A stretch of DNA of 64,000 nt from Gonapodya sp. JEL0774. Lineage: Eukaryota. The first letter of the stretch is position 1. Every line of letters starts with the position of its first letter. Shown in pieces: positions 14,312 to 27,507 of this stretch. The DNA is taken from the NCBI GenBank assembly GCA_027604505.1, contig JADIIX010000006.1, positions 62,001-126,000 on the forward strand. Direction: 5' to 3'. Both the position numbers and the translations under genes were made by a program. A model generated the notes under the pieces. It saw only the letters and a program-made list of their open reading frames with translations, searched no databases and was not told the DNA's origin.

Positions 14312-14897
14312 CCCGCGTCTCAGTATATGACGTGGTGGCGGAAGTGCCACGCGAACATTCGATGACAAAGTCCGCACTTAGCCGAACTCTGGGTTCGATT
14401 TCCTCAGGAACTCGAACCAGCTTCCGAATGGGCAAGAAGGGATTATAATCGCAAAACATAAAGTTTTACTGACTGCAATTGCTTTGCATTTGTGATTGTG
14501 TGTGTTCAGAATAAAACAAAACAAGCAGCAGCAAGTGGTTCCGAAAATGTTGGGTCCATGAATATGTCCATGATATGATTTATGAATAGTAAAATGCAGA
14601 GAAAGAAGCGGAACCCCTCTCGGTGTGTTTCAAATTGGGGAGGACTGACTTCATCCTTGGGGTGGGCTTGCTCCTCGAATGAAGTAGTTTCGAGTTCCCC
14701 TTTATGTTAATTTCTCCACCATACGAGGAGCTACACGCAAGGAAACACGTCCTAGCTCGAAGGCATAACTCTTGTCTTTCTTAGACGTGCCATCGTCACG
14801 GTTTGAGGAGTTGGTGTCAAGTCCGAGCTTCTCCCTGCTCCATCGCCCATTCTTTCAAACCCCAAGCTTGGCCTCTTCACTCTCCATCTTATGGACT

Positions 14898-16847
14898 ATG
14901 TCGTCATCACGCGGAACACATGCCCCATCGGGGCTCACTCTTTGGCTCAAACCTCACGTCACGGTCTCTCAAAACAACCACTCCCCATCTGAATCGACCG
15001 CACATGACTCACCGCTTTCAGCTGCGCCGTCTTCAAACACGACTGCGGCACCATCTTCGGCGCGCTCGGAGACAGAAGATCCTCTGTATACCAACGCTTC
15101 AGTCACTTCTTTTAACCCCCCGTCCGGAAACACCCCCACACCACCCAACCGCATGACCCCTACGTTTAACTCCTTTGACGAGTACACAACCAATGCCTTG
15201 CTTTCTTCATCGGGGAACTTTGACCTGGCGGCGCTCGACAGGTTCGATAAATTGGATACGAAATTCGAAATTGATATGTGGGATAAGCGGAAGTGGAAGC
15301 TGGTCAGGGTCGCTGAGGATGGAAACTGCTTCTGGCGATGTTTGGCATTTTGGATCTGGTGCGTTGCAACAGCCAGGTCATTGGAGGGGCCCATTAATAT
15401 ATATATTCGTCGCTGATTTGTGACAATCTGGTCCCTTTCAATTGCTACCCGATGCAATCAAACTTATTTCTACCCCTTGGTCTTCAGGCAAGACACCTCT
15501 CTCTATTCCCGTGCTCGCTCTCTTGTCCTTCGTCACATGCTCCACCACCCTTCCACCTACTCCCCATTTCTTCTCGACAGCGAACCTTACTCAACATACT
15601 GCGCCCGTAAATCTCGTGAGCACCAGTACGCTAATCATGTCGAGCTACAAGCCAGCGCAAATTACTTTGGAAGAACTGTGGAGGTGTGGACATATCCAGG
15701 ATGGGGTGGGGCGGGCGACGACGGGTTAATGATGTGGCTCGAAGGATGCATGGTTGAACAGGAGAAGGCTGAAGGAGGTGGGGATGACGCTGTAGAGAGT
15801 ACCGTCGAAGCAGACATTGGAATGGAAGAGGCGCAGGTACCTGCCGTTGCTGTACCACCCGGGACTCCTCCCCTTTCCGTCATGGTGAGCAATGTAAATT
15901 CTCAACTCGCGCTTGAATTTCAATCAGGTGACTCCCCTTTAGGCCTGGACTCCAGACTCCCCCCTCCCAGGACCCCTCGAAGCTTCCTCTTCGCAAGTTC
16001 CTTCCACTTCGCAAGTGGAGTTTGCAGGTCTCGAAGAGGGACAGGATACGATTCGATACAGGTACTATGACGCTGGTGCGATGGGTGGTGACGGTGTGGT
16101 GAGGGTGGCGTATCAGCGAAACAATCATTACAACATGTAAGAGGTTGTGTACACTGTTTTTGACGGGTATTCACACTAACGAGGCCTCATTTGCTGAACT
16201 CACCCGCTGCACTCCGTTTGTATACCAGTCTTCGTCCTGGACTCCTGGGTGAGCCCGCACCGACGCTTGAGTTCGGCTCCACAGCTCTTGTCAAAGGTGC
16301 AGTGGAGACTGGTGGTGGTAGCGGAGCATGGTCGGCCTGGAGGAGGAAGGTACTTTTTTATAAACAATCTGGAGTGCAATTGCGTTCCGAGTTATCCTAC
16401 CCTTATGCTGAACTCGTCGTTACCTCTGTAATACTCTCTCTCCGCTCCAAGTCTTCGGCCAATTCTTCTGACCGCGACCTTCAAGAAGCCATCCGACTTT
16501 CGATGCTCGAACAAACTCCGCACTCCTCTGCCCGCCCTCCTTCGAACCGTTCCTCACTCTCGCCGAGCCCATCACCCCGCACTGCGCCTTTCCATCCAAG
16601 CCCTCTTCATCCATCACATCACCATCCCAACGGATCCAACTCGACATCCTCTTCTTCGCTTCTTAACCCTGGCTCGCGGCGTCATTCCACCTCCACATCT
16701 CGAACAGCAAGTGGGACCGCTGCTACATCTTATCCCCCGCGACACGGAGGGGAGGATAGACACATTGCCGAGGGCTCTGTGTCGCCGGGGAAGGTGGGAG
16801 CAGTTAGGGGACCTTCAGAGGGTGAGATTTTCTCCATGGAGCCGTGA
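14898..16847 (+). CDS. OTU-domain deubiquitinase (OTUD5-like) with UIM
   Basis: Catalytic Cys loop LVRVAEDGNCFWRCLA, YANHVELQASANYFGRTVEVW, His loop VRVAYQRNNHYN (~16100-16135), and UIM-like DRDLQEAIRLSMLEQ. Confidence 0.88.
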
Positions 16848-17816
16848 TACAATGCCCGTGGAAGATGCATGGAGGTTTCTCCACGACCTCGAATAATTTG
16901 CACATTACTACATCTTCTCTGTCACCACTGAAGCACATTATTGTTGTTGTAAGACCTTAAATAATTGTATCATAATTCTGGCGAGGAGTTACCGTCCATT
17001 TTGTGTAGCCAACTAAGAGCTGCATTGAAGGGAACCGACGTTCGTGAGCAACGGTAATCACTGGCGATTTGTAAATTATGTTTTATGAAGGTATGTACTC
17101 TACAAAAGACGTTGCTTTTGGTGTCTAATAATATCATGGGAGATGGTCCGGTCAAAGGCTTCTCATCCCTGCGCCAAGCCAAGCAACCAGTCTTGGCAGC
17201 ACCAGGTGTCTGTCCCCTGTTTTTTCGAGGTGTAAAACGCCTGCATCTCTAAGGGTACTCGTTAGGTCGCAGCACCAGCAAAGCATCTGGATATGGTCTC
17301 CCATTTAGTTCTAGGTGGTTAGAGCAACATTCGAGTTATGACGTCAGAAACACCGCACAGCCTTCTAACCTTCATCGATAGGAGCACAATACTTGAAGCA
17401 CAATATTGTGCATGGTTTCGAGATTACTAACTAACTGCATGTTTGGCGTGTATGTGGAGGAAAGTTTGTGTTTTGTGTTTTGTGAGGCGGGGCAGCAGCG
17501 GGTCTTGGCAGGTGCTCCCCATAAAAGCCAACGGGGTCGGCTCATCTCCACCGTTTCTCCAACTTACTGCACATTATTCTCAAACACACCACTTTCAATC
17601 TCTGAAGGACGCGCTATGTCTTGTGAGATTCCCTGCTCCTGACGTTATTGGACAGCGTGGAGTGATTCTCATCGATCAGTTGTTCGTGCTCCTGTTCCAA
17701 CTATCTCCACCTGAAATGGTCCAATCCACCTCACGTTTCTGATGGATCCACTCGTGCGGCTGGCGCTCTCATCGTCCTTGACCCGTCTCTTGAATCTCTT
17801 CGTAACTTGTTCGGCA

Positions 17817-18226
17817 ATGACTTTCGCAGCTTCTACCCTGATTGACGCTATCGCGGTGGGTTATGGTTTACCCTTCGCCTATCAGCTGTTTTATTACAAC
17901 TTTCTTTTATCCGACATTCTGCAGGGAGGTGCAGGTGCCCTGGCTTACAAGAAGTATGAGGAGAGGAGGGAGGCTGAGGGTCTCCCCCCAGCGCACCACC
18001 AAGGGTAAGTAGTTGCAATAATGTTTAGTGACGTTCAAGTGCTCCGAATGCTCACGGATTCGTCGACTGCATCAGTGCGAAGGAGGTTCTCGCCGGCATC
18101 GTATCCTTTGAGGTCGCGAAACATCTCCAATCCTACGAAGCCGTCCACGGACCTCAACAAAAGGAGAAGATTGCCGAGCTGGAAGCAGCGGTGATGGCCC
18201 GCGTACACGGATTGTCGCAACAGTAG
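17817..18226 (+). CDS. CipC-like / DUF3759 small protein (3 exons)
   Basis: Spliced MTFAASTLIDAIA|GGAGALAYKKYEERREAEGLPPAHHQG|..KEVLAGIVSFEVAKHL... resembles the CipC-family pattern AGAAAFEAxKxYExHxxxEGxPxxHxxAKExLAG. Stop TAG at 18224-18226. Confidence 0.7.
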
Positions 18227-18457
18227 AGAGCGTTTCACCTAAATGACAACTGTTCTTGGACCGCCACTGATATTCTTTGTGTGCTAATTCACTGAATAAA
18301 TAATTCGATGATATTACGAACGACGGGCAGCTCTCACAAATTGAACTTGAGGATGGACTGATGTGGCCTGCCACTGGACGGGAAGTTCACACCTAATGTC
18401 ACCACTTCTGCCTTATTTCGTGTCAAAGCTTACGACGGCTTCCTCTTCACATTCCAC

Positions 18458-20416
18458 ATGTCCCACTATCACAGCGTCTTCCGGCCCACTCTTTTCCTCG
18501 ACAAAGTTTTCCTTGTCACCGGTATGGCCGCATGTCTCCCACGATTTGTGGTCTCACTGCACTCATTCACACCCCGAACTAACACACCTCCACGCGTGCA
18601 ACACATTCACAGGTGGAGGAACGGGCATTGGAAGGACAATCGCGCACGAATTGGGTGCGTTCGTGGGGAATTGGGTCAGGGGACTCATTCGGGAAAAATT
18701 GAGCCGAGCTGTGTGAGGAGGGATCATTCAGAACTGAGCTATGTCTCCGATCTCCCAGCCTCTCTCTCCGCCACTGTCGTTGTTGCGTCCCGTAAGAGGG
18801 AAAATCTCGACACGGTGCAGAAGGAAATCACTGGATTGGGGGGCAAGGTACCTTGAATGCAGCTATGAACACTCAAAGCTCGCGCAACGTCGAACTCGTA
18901 CTGACACCATTTTTAATCCAAATCCAAACATGGCAGTGCGATGTCATTACTGTGAATATTCGTGATCCCGACTCGTGCAGGGCCTGTGTCAAGTGGGTTC
19001 TTGACAAACACGGTCGAATTGATGGGCTCGTGGTATGTATCCTCGAGATTTGAACTCTTTTCCTGTATACTAACATTCTGTCATTCCCTCAAAAAAGAAT
19101 AATGGTGGTGGCCAATTCTCGTCCCCTGCATCGACCATATCTCACGGGGGCTTTCGGACAGTGTGGGTGTGGATGTTGTTTTCAATCGCCCGTCCACCTC
19201 ATTGCCACTTTCACTCACAGAGTAGACCTAAACCTCTTCGGCACTTGGAACAGTGAGTGTCTCATGTGAAGGTCTCGACTTTTAGGGAACATCATCTGAC
19301 TCATGATAGCTGACTTTACAACCGTCCTCTTCCAGTGACTCGCGCCGTGTACGACCTTCACTTTAAACATCACGGCAGCGGTAAATCTATCGTAAACGTC
19401 CTTATGGTGAGTGAAACTCTCCAGCCACCGTTCCTTTTGTTCAAGAAACACCCGGAAAGGTCTCATCGCACGCTTTCCGCCCCACCTATCCTTCCCAAGA
19501 ATCACTCCAACGGATACCACAACATGGCACACTCAGCGGCGGCGAGAGCGGGCGTGGAGAATCTTACAAAGACGTTGGCGCTGGTGAGATGGGTGGCGCA
19601 GACCCGACCGGCAACGATGTCGATGGTGAACTGTGAATTCTTGGGTACAGGAATGGACACACGAATGTGGGGTGAGAATAAATGGGGTATCGCCTGGTGA
19701 GTCTCGGGGCCAGTTTTTCTGACACGCTTCTGATGGGAGTTCAAGAGTTTATCGTGCGGCTTCCACGATTTTGTGCGACACAACAGGAACGATTATGGGC
19801 AGCGGAATGAAAAACTATCCGCCTCATATTCTTGAAATGGCGATTGGGGTGAGTTGAGGCGTTTGGTGTCCCCGTGGGAACCTCAATGAATCATTCGAGT
19901 TCTGATCACTGCCCTGTCGGACCCACTTGTTCCCCAGTCAGCGAAATACACCCACTCCGGCCGCTACGGTACCGAAGCCGAGGTGCGTTCACACACACAG
20001 CTTGGTTACCGCGCCACTGTCCCCTATCACGACCTGGAACACTCGTCTAGGTCTCCGCGTGCGTGGTCTTTCTTCTCTCCCCCGCGTCGTCTTACGTCAA
20101 CGGACACGTGATCCAGTGCTCCGGCGGAGGCCAGTATTTGCCAGGTGGGGTGCAGGACACGACGCATGAGATGGTGGGGTTTGGGGAGAGTAAAGGTGAG
20201 TGTGGGGGTTTCGGTATGTCGGTTTGTGTCTTGTTCCGGGAAGAAACCGACCACGTCACTCTGGTTGTTGTTGTGCGTGCGGTAGTGCCCATATTCATGG
20301 GGTTTGATATCGATCCAGACACTTTGGATGCACCCAAGTCGTTTCAGGAGGCGTTTCGGGATTTGTTGAGAATCGCAGATGGTGGGAAGAAGCAGGGGGA
20401 AAGAGCAAAGATTTAA
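18458..20416 (+). CDS. Peroxisomal trans-2-enoyl-CoA reductase-like short-chain dehydrogenase (about 12 introns)
   Basis: MSHYHSVFRPTLFLDKVFLVT|GGGTGIGR, GRIDGLV|NNGGGQF, MAHSAAARAGVENLTKTLA, GVRINGVSP|G and VVFLLSPASSYVNG. C-terminus -AKI* is PTS1-like. Confidence 0.88.
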
Positions 20417-21025
20417 AATTTGTACGTGAATGTCACACTCAGTTGTAACACATATCCAAAGTCTCAAGAGGACATTCTGTTCATGAGAACTAACTTTATT
20501 TGGCGGATTGCTTGACTGTATTGCGGGGGTGTCACTGTGCTTTGACTTGTAAGTGTCTCGTCACTCGTGAACAAAACTGATATTCACAATGATCATCAAG
20601 ACTTCATCGGTGCGATCGAGCGTTAACTCATCTCAAAGAGCGGGGCTTCAAGAATCAAGCGGAGTTGGTGAATTGTGATAAAAAATGCTTTGGGTCACTG
20701 GTGGGCAACTTGAACTTGTTTAAACCGAAAAACCATCAGTCTTTTTGGATCCGGGGATTCATCAGTGAGCTATGTACATAACAGTAACTGTCTTGGATTT
20801 TACTTTTATTATATCCGAACGAGGGTTATCAAATACAAGTGCAAAGTTATATCACACAACAAAAAATGAAATCGTCCGATTTTTCTCTCGAGGCCACATC
20901 TTTATGCTTTGCATACCGCAATGCAGATATTAAAAGTGTCAATGGCACGATACGTTTTGGCGAAACTCAAACGGGTTGGTAGTGGAAAACTGCTCGCAAT
21001 AGTTCCCACACTGTCCGACATGAGT

Positions 21026-21556
21026 TCATTGATTCCCTATGCACGCACTCCGCGGTCCGATGCCGAAGAGGCAGATTCTGCATGCATTGTCGGACTTCCA
21101 CTCTTCACCGCAGCGTGAGTCCATTCCACTCGGACAGACAGGCTTCCCTCCAGATGCACTGCTGGGAGCAATAGCCTGAGGCGGATCAACCACATAAGAT
21201 ATGTAGGGGAGCTCGCGTGCGGAAGCGTTTGCAGGTGCGATCCATCCCTCAGGGAGAGCGACGACCGCCCGCGCACCCAACCGGGACACAACTTCTCCCA
21301 TCCTTTCAATCGTATACGCCGCATCTCCCGAGTTTGCCTTGTGCTCGTTACGGAGAATATAGCGCCCGACGAGGGATACGGACTGGTGGGAGCGAGACGA
21401 CCCAGTGTACGCCGCATCGCCAGAGTTCGCAGCGTGTTCGTTGCGGAGGATGTAGCGGCCGACGAGAGAGATGGAGGGCGGAGCGGGTGGTAGGAGGGCA
21501 GGGATGGAGGAGTTTTGAGCCGATTCTGCGTGGATCGGTTGCAGGAAAAGCGACAT
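21026..21556 (-). CDS. Hypothetical 176-aa protein with a duplicated 22-aa motif and Cys-rich C-terminus
   Basis: Open ORF with cACCATGt start context. The two repeat copies differ at 11 synonymous codons and only 1 non-synonymous codon, which supports coding status in this frame. Confidence 0.7.
   Translation of the reverse strand: MSLFLQPIHAESAQNSSIPALLPPAPPSISLVGRYILRNEHAANSGDAAYTGSSRSHQSVSLVGRYILRNEHKANSGDAAYTIERMGEVVSRLGARAVVALPEGWIAPANASARELPYISYVVDPPQAIAPSSASGGKPVCPSGMDSRCGEEWKSDNACRICLFGIGPRSACIGNQ
21311..21469 (-). repeat. Two diverged 66-bp direct repeats (21311-21376 and 21404-21469; 93-bp period) encoding SLVGRYILRNEH[A/K]ANSGDAAYT
   Basis: Direct codon-by-codon comparison of the two copies. 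Confidence 0.95.
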
Positions 21557-22035
21557 GGTGTCAGGAACGAGAAGAAGAAGGAGGATACAAGAGAATCGAT
21601 GGTTTGAGTTTGTGGGGAGCAGTATAAATAAGTTTCGTTTCAGCGGTGGGTTTCTTGGATCAATTGAGTATTGAACTCTGCAAGTGGAATCCGAGATCTT
21701 TCCACTTCCAGCGATGGCGCCATAATCGAGTTAAAGGCTCGTGCACAGGTTGCGACCAAAGCACTTTCTGGTTGAGGCGCAACGACACAATTAGTCAAAT
21801 TTAAAGACAAGGGCTCTTCCCCGTTTTTAGGACTACACGAACTTTACAGACGAATTAACAGGGCGAAGGAAGAAGCGCTTGAGGAGTTTGGTGTTTAAAC
21901 TCGTTTAAGCTCCGTTCCATCTCACAGCCTCAGGAACACCCATGGGGGGGACGGTGGAGGTGGAGACATCCCCAGAGCGTTGGGAACTCAATCAGATGAA
22001 ATTCGTTTAGATAAGATCTTCTCAAGATACCAAAG

Positions 22036-23952
22036 ATGAAGTCTTCCGCCTCTATACCCCTCCTGCAATCAAATCAAGAGCTTGCCTCGTCCACGACCAG
22101 AGATACCCCCTCGATTCCCTCAACCGACACTGCTGCCTTCGTGACTACATACTCTTTCAAAGATGCAGAATCACCGGATCATGAAAGCAGCTCGAAAGGA
22201 CGAGGGCGATCGTCTTTGAGTCAATGCATGCGCTGGGCAACAGGATCCGTGCGGGACTTCTTCGCCGAGGCTCCAAAATCGACCGCCGTCCAAGGCCCTG
22301 GATGGCTACTCTGGATCCTCTTTTTCATTTACCTAGGCTTCCTCGTTGTCCTTCTAGGTGCTTTGTTCTGGTATTCGTACGCCAGGTACGGGTGTTCGTG
22401 GCGGATGCAATCGTACAAGGAAAACTACCATTGCGGGTTTCGCCGTGGAAACATTTCGAGCGTGGAAGATCGTAACAGTCACGGAACGGTGTTCATTGGA
22501 GATGATGTGAGAATCAAGTATGTTCATGAAAACCACATTTCGTAGGGTTCATACACCACTCGTCAGCTGTGTGGTCTTCCAAAACCCCTAGATACGACTA
22601 CAGGGGCGCCTTCACAGGAAAGCCCTTCACAAATGAGTCTTGCAAAATCATCTTCGACCAGCCCGAGTACTTATGGGTGGACCCCGACAGCGGTTGCGGG
22701 TACTACGTAAACGGATCCGCTCTCAACCAAACCTGCACGACACGCAAGGGGGCAGTGAGCTCGAACAGCCGTCAATACGTAACTGCCAAGGCCATGTTCC
22801 GTGTGAGCTTTTTGGGGGGGGTGCACGCTCGATGATTTGGTCATGGATGCTTACCTCACTTTGGTTGGTCACGTTGGCTTTCGCAGACGGGGTGAGGGTT
22901 CATACGATCACGCCTGCGATGGTTCCACTTTATTCTCTCTGACCTCAGCCTCAACTCTTGAAAGTGCTGCAACACCTCTCACCTTCCAGTACCCCAAAAT
23001 GATCTGCAACGGTATCGCCCTTCAAGTGTACACGACTGGTTCCCTCACTACTACGGTGGAAGATTGTTCAATCTTCCAAGATCTTGGGGCACTCGCTGGT
23101 GAGCGTTCTGACACGTGTGGACTGCGCTCCATGTCTCACAGACGTCAACGATCACTTCAGGTGTTCATGGATGTGGTGGATATATCTCCAACACTGAGTT
23201 CTTCGAAGACGTTGCTGCCATGATAGGTGTGCCCTGTAGCTCTGCCTTGTCGTGTTTTGTCCAGCTATAAATCGTCCGTTCTGTTCGTTCATCCGTCACA
23301 GATGAGCTCTTCGATACGATCAACACAAAAGTTCCCGCGAATATCGGAGATCCAGGCGGAATCAAGATTGGATACGATGGTTGAGTTGTACTCACGTGAT
23401 TCATGGCGCTTCATAGATTTCTCATCACAGTGACGATTGACGATGCAGTCGACTCGTACTCGCTGACCTTCACACTTTTCGAGGACGAGCGCCGCTGGAA
23501 CTATCACTCCGTATCAACGATCGGGTACTGGTCAGGCGTTCAAACTCTCGACACGAGCACGTTCCAGTACAGGGAGCCGGAAACCAACAAGTTTCGCAGA
23601 CTCTTCAGCGACGGGACCTTCAACGTGACGCAGAACGCTTCCATTCCCCGAAGCAGTACCCAGGTGACTGCTATTCTACAAGCAGAAGTGGGGCTGTACC
23701 TCCAAACGCAGCCTGTGTTTTGGTGTTACGTGTGCGGTACAAGGTGAAGGTCCACAACGTTCACACACATCGTCGTGTCGCCTGCGCCCCGGTTTCTCAT
23801 ACACGGCTTTACCAATACTTTGTAGAAACTATTTAGATGCCTTTTTGTTCGCTCTGCCGCTCTTGGGAACGGCCCAGGCGCTCATGTTTCCCTTTGTTCC
23901 CTCAATTGTAGCCGCGATATTGTCGCTCACCAGTCGAGGCCGCACAGAGTAA
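22036..23952 (+). CDS. Hypothetical two-transmembrane protein with a large Cys-containing, N-glycosylated ectodomain (multi-exon)
   Basis: N-terminal TM WLLWILFFIYLGFLVVLLGALFWY; exons with many N-x-S/T sequons (NES, NGS, NQT, NVT, NAS) and Cys; terminal exon NYLDAFLFALPLLGTAQALMFPFVPSIVAAILSL then TAA at 23950-23952. Confidence 0.7.
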
Positions 23953-24753
23953 ACATCACCCCAGAGTGGCACCATGGGCATAGGAAGGAGAAATGTGGCG
24001 AGGGGGAACAAGCACAAATTTTTATTGAGTGGCCAAGACTATTCTTCTGTATTTGCTGGGCATGTATGGAGGTTCTCAGAGGAAGCTATGAGTGATGCCC
24101 CCAAGATTCCGGCAAGATTCCGCTACCAAAAGACGCCAGGTTCTCAATCCCAACAACGGCGCCACAAACTCACTCATTTTCATGGACTGGAAACCCTCGC
24201 TTGGTGTTTTGCTGTCAGTTTTGGTTCCATATGGAATGGTCCTGCGCCCGTTTATGGTACCGTTGGAAGAGCCGGCGAGGTCCATTTTAGTATAATTTTT
24301 ATCAAAAGAAAGTTTGTGGGCCTGATTTTAGACCACGCGGGCGCATGGCAAGGATGGGAGCGGGGCCAAAATATACAAAGTGAACGTTAAGACCTGGATT
24401 CAACAGGTTGGCATTCAAAGCCTACGCATATAACTACTTTGCAGTAAAAGAATGATTTTGACGAACTCGAACGTGTGGATACTGTTACACAGGTTGAGCT
24501 GTCTCCCCATGGACACTAGTGCTAACACCAACCCGCGGCGAACCCAATCAAGGACTCCAGAGGTCACGGACCAACGGAAAGCTTACTCTCTGAGAAAATT
24601 GTGTGTGATTTTCCAAGACGAAAGCATGGTTGGAATCTTCTTGCCAGTGTTCGGAGGTTGCCCTGGTGGGGATCGTCTGTGGCCGCTCGCTACTAGGAGG
24701 ACTTCGCATTCCAACTTTGACGCTGCCAGATTCTTGCAGAGAGGGAAGTGAGC

Positions 24754-27255
24754 ATGCGGAGAAGTTTACGGGCAGCATTACTGGCAGATGATGACGATGA
24801 CGAAAGAGCAAGCAAAGATGCTGGACCTGCCGGAGGGAGAAGAGCTGGACGTGCTGATGTCCGTGGAGGTGGATTGTCGTTGGGATTCGCGAGACGGAGT
24901 CGGATAGCATCGTTGCCAGCAGTAGATGGGGAATCCGATGGGAGGACATTGGGCGGTAATGATCACGAACCAGAGCGAGCTCAAGCGGAAAGCTCCAGCT
25001 CGTCCAGCCATGGTGCAGCCGATGGAGGTCAACGAAACGTATTCAGGATACCCACGCAAAAAGAAATGGCACAGGTGACACGGAATACACACACGAGCGA
25101 CATTAGTGCGCCTGCACCTTCTGCCGCGTCGCTTGCCCCCACCTCTCATTCCGCCCCACGTGTGCCACCACTCCAGCCTTCTAAGCCTTCCATTGAACGT
25201 CCCTCTCTCAATCCTTATCCACACTCATCATCTCGCCCCCCACCACAACACACCTCCCACCTCCGTGGAAAACTCCCCCTCCCTCACCTCCCACACGCGC
25301 TCGACCCTTCCCGCCTCCACACCCCACTCTTGTCCACCCGCAACGCATTTACGTCCCGTGCACCATTACCTGCATTCTCTCCACACGCTCTGGCCAACCC
25401 GTCTATAGTCGCTCCCGACGTGTCCTCAACCATCCCAGTTCCCCGAGTAAACCGTGTAACCTCGCTCATCCCTTTCCAGTACCTTGGTGCCTCTCCACTC
25501 TCCTCACCGCAAACCCATGCCTCCTCCACCACTACTTCAGCGATGGCGTTGCGGCGGAAATTCGCTGGTCGACGGTGGGAGAGATTAGCACCTAAGCGAA
25601 CATTGTTGGCGAAGGTGCACGGTGGAGGAGTGCACACGGTCAATATAGAAAAGGGGGAATGGAGGTAGTGAGTGTTTTGTTTGTGGAAGAAATGCTGCTA
25701 CTGTTGGCATAGCTCAGGTTAGATCCATTTTGTTGGTTTGCCCCCCATCCTCATTTCCACCCATCACCTTGGACAACCGTTAACCCCCACCTTGAGTCTT
25801 CTCTCCTCCGGTGCCGACTCACTCATCGCACTATGGGACCTTTCTCCAACCCTACCCCCTCCTCCACCCTCCACCACGGCCCCACGGCTCTTTCCCCTCT
25901 CCACCGCTCCCCGGCGATCCTCTGCCGCACCCATGAACCACGCCTCCGCCATTACCACCGTACGCTGGTGGCCTGTAGATTCGGGAATGTTCGTGTCGAG
26001 CAGTATGGACGGAACCGTAAAGGTGTGGGATACGGAGCAAATGAAAGTGGCCGGGAGTTGGGACGTCGGGGGGAAATGTTGGGGGTTGGACGTAAGTAGT
26101 GGACACGGGAGTGTACCTGTAGTTGCCGGTAAGTTGGGGTGGCTGGAGGTTCGGAGGTGGGAGGGCTTGGAGTAAATCGTCGAAAATGCATTGGAGGTTG
26201 CACAGCGGCATCACGGAGCTGTCGGCTTGGTCACCCGGATAAAGCAAAAGGAATCCAATCGTTAGAAATGTATTGCTCTTATGAATTCGGTGCCTCCCCT
26301 CCGTTCACCTATCTTCAGCGGCCCTACCCTCCCCAACCCCCTCGATTCGCCTTCTCGACCTCCGCACCCCCACGCCAATCCACACCCTTCTGGGGCACAC
26401 GCAACCAGTGCACTGCATATCTTGGTCACCCGCGTCGTCACATATCTTATTGTCTGGAGGTGCCGATGGAACCGCGAGGGTGTGGGATGTGAGGAAGGGA
26501 CGCGCGTGCTTGGGGGTGTTGGGGGCTGGAGGTGGGGGGTCGGGTAGGCATACCACTCACGACGGTACAACGAACGGTGTGGTGTGGTGGGATGATGGAG
26601 GGCGGTGCGTTACGGTGGGGACGGATGAGAAGATTCGACTGTGGGACGTGAGGGGTGCGGGAGAGCGCGAGTTGGGCACGAGAGTGCCGCAGAGCGAAGC
26701 TGGCGACACCCGACCGTCAAAGCGTGTCAAACTGTCATCATTCTCTGGTACATCCCCCAAGCCTTCAATGTCTCGAGCCAATTCTTCTAGTCTCTTCTAT
26801 CCACTCTCGACCAATTATGGTCCTCACCTTCACAACGCTCATCCCTTCCCAATCACCCCTTACGTAACACCCTCGGCTCTCTCCAACCCTGTCTTGCTCT
26901 ACGTTCCATCCGATGACGGTGAAGTACTTGTTTACGATGCGGAGAGGGGAGGGTTGCGGGGGAGGCTGCGAGGTCACTTTGGTGGCAGGTGTAATGTGGT
27001 GGTGGGGAGGGAGGGGGGTGGTGGGGTGGGGGAGTTGGTGACGGGGGGCATGGATGGTGGGGTGGTTTGGTGGTGTGTGGAAGGCTATGAAGAGGAGGAG
27101 GAGCATGATCTGGAGATGGTGAGTTTCCCTATTGAGTGCACGGATGACTAATGAATTTCGAGAGCTCATCCTAACTGTTCACTGCTTGGTTTCTTGTATG
27201 ATAGCTTCGTCGCGATTCCTGGAGTAGCGATGAGGAGGAGGACGGTGATGGATAG
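24754..27255 (+). CDS. ERCC8: DNA excision repair WD40 protein CSA/Rad28 with a long Pro/Ser/His-rich N-terminal extension
   Basis: HGGGVHTVNIEKGEWR|LLSSGADSLIALWDL, HASAITTVRWWPVDSGMFVSSSMDGTVKVWDT, ISWSPASSHILLSGGADGTARVWDVRK, and the acidic C-terminus DSWSSDEEE typical of CSA. Confidence 0.85.
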
Positions 27256-27507
27256 TGATTTGGCTGTACAATCTGCGAGGTCCAATGAACGAAATTGTTT
27301 GCTTCGCCGGCTTCTAAGAATGATCTGTAGGATTCAATGGGCTATGAAAACAATGTGACTGCCAGGACGAGGGTAGTACATCTTTTTGCTATTCTGACTT
27401 TACATAATGATGCCCTGATCACTCTTGAATCTATGTTACGGTATGTGTGTGCAAAGAGTAGTCCACATCATGACCATCTGGTCACGCACCTGACAAGACC
27501 CTGGGAA

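Noticed and set aside
14385..14410. GGGTTCGATT, resembling a tRNA T-loop/B-box
   Set aside because: Flanks do not form a T-stem and no cloverleaf is evident.
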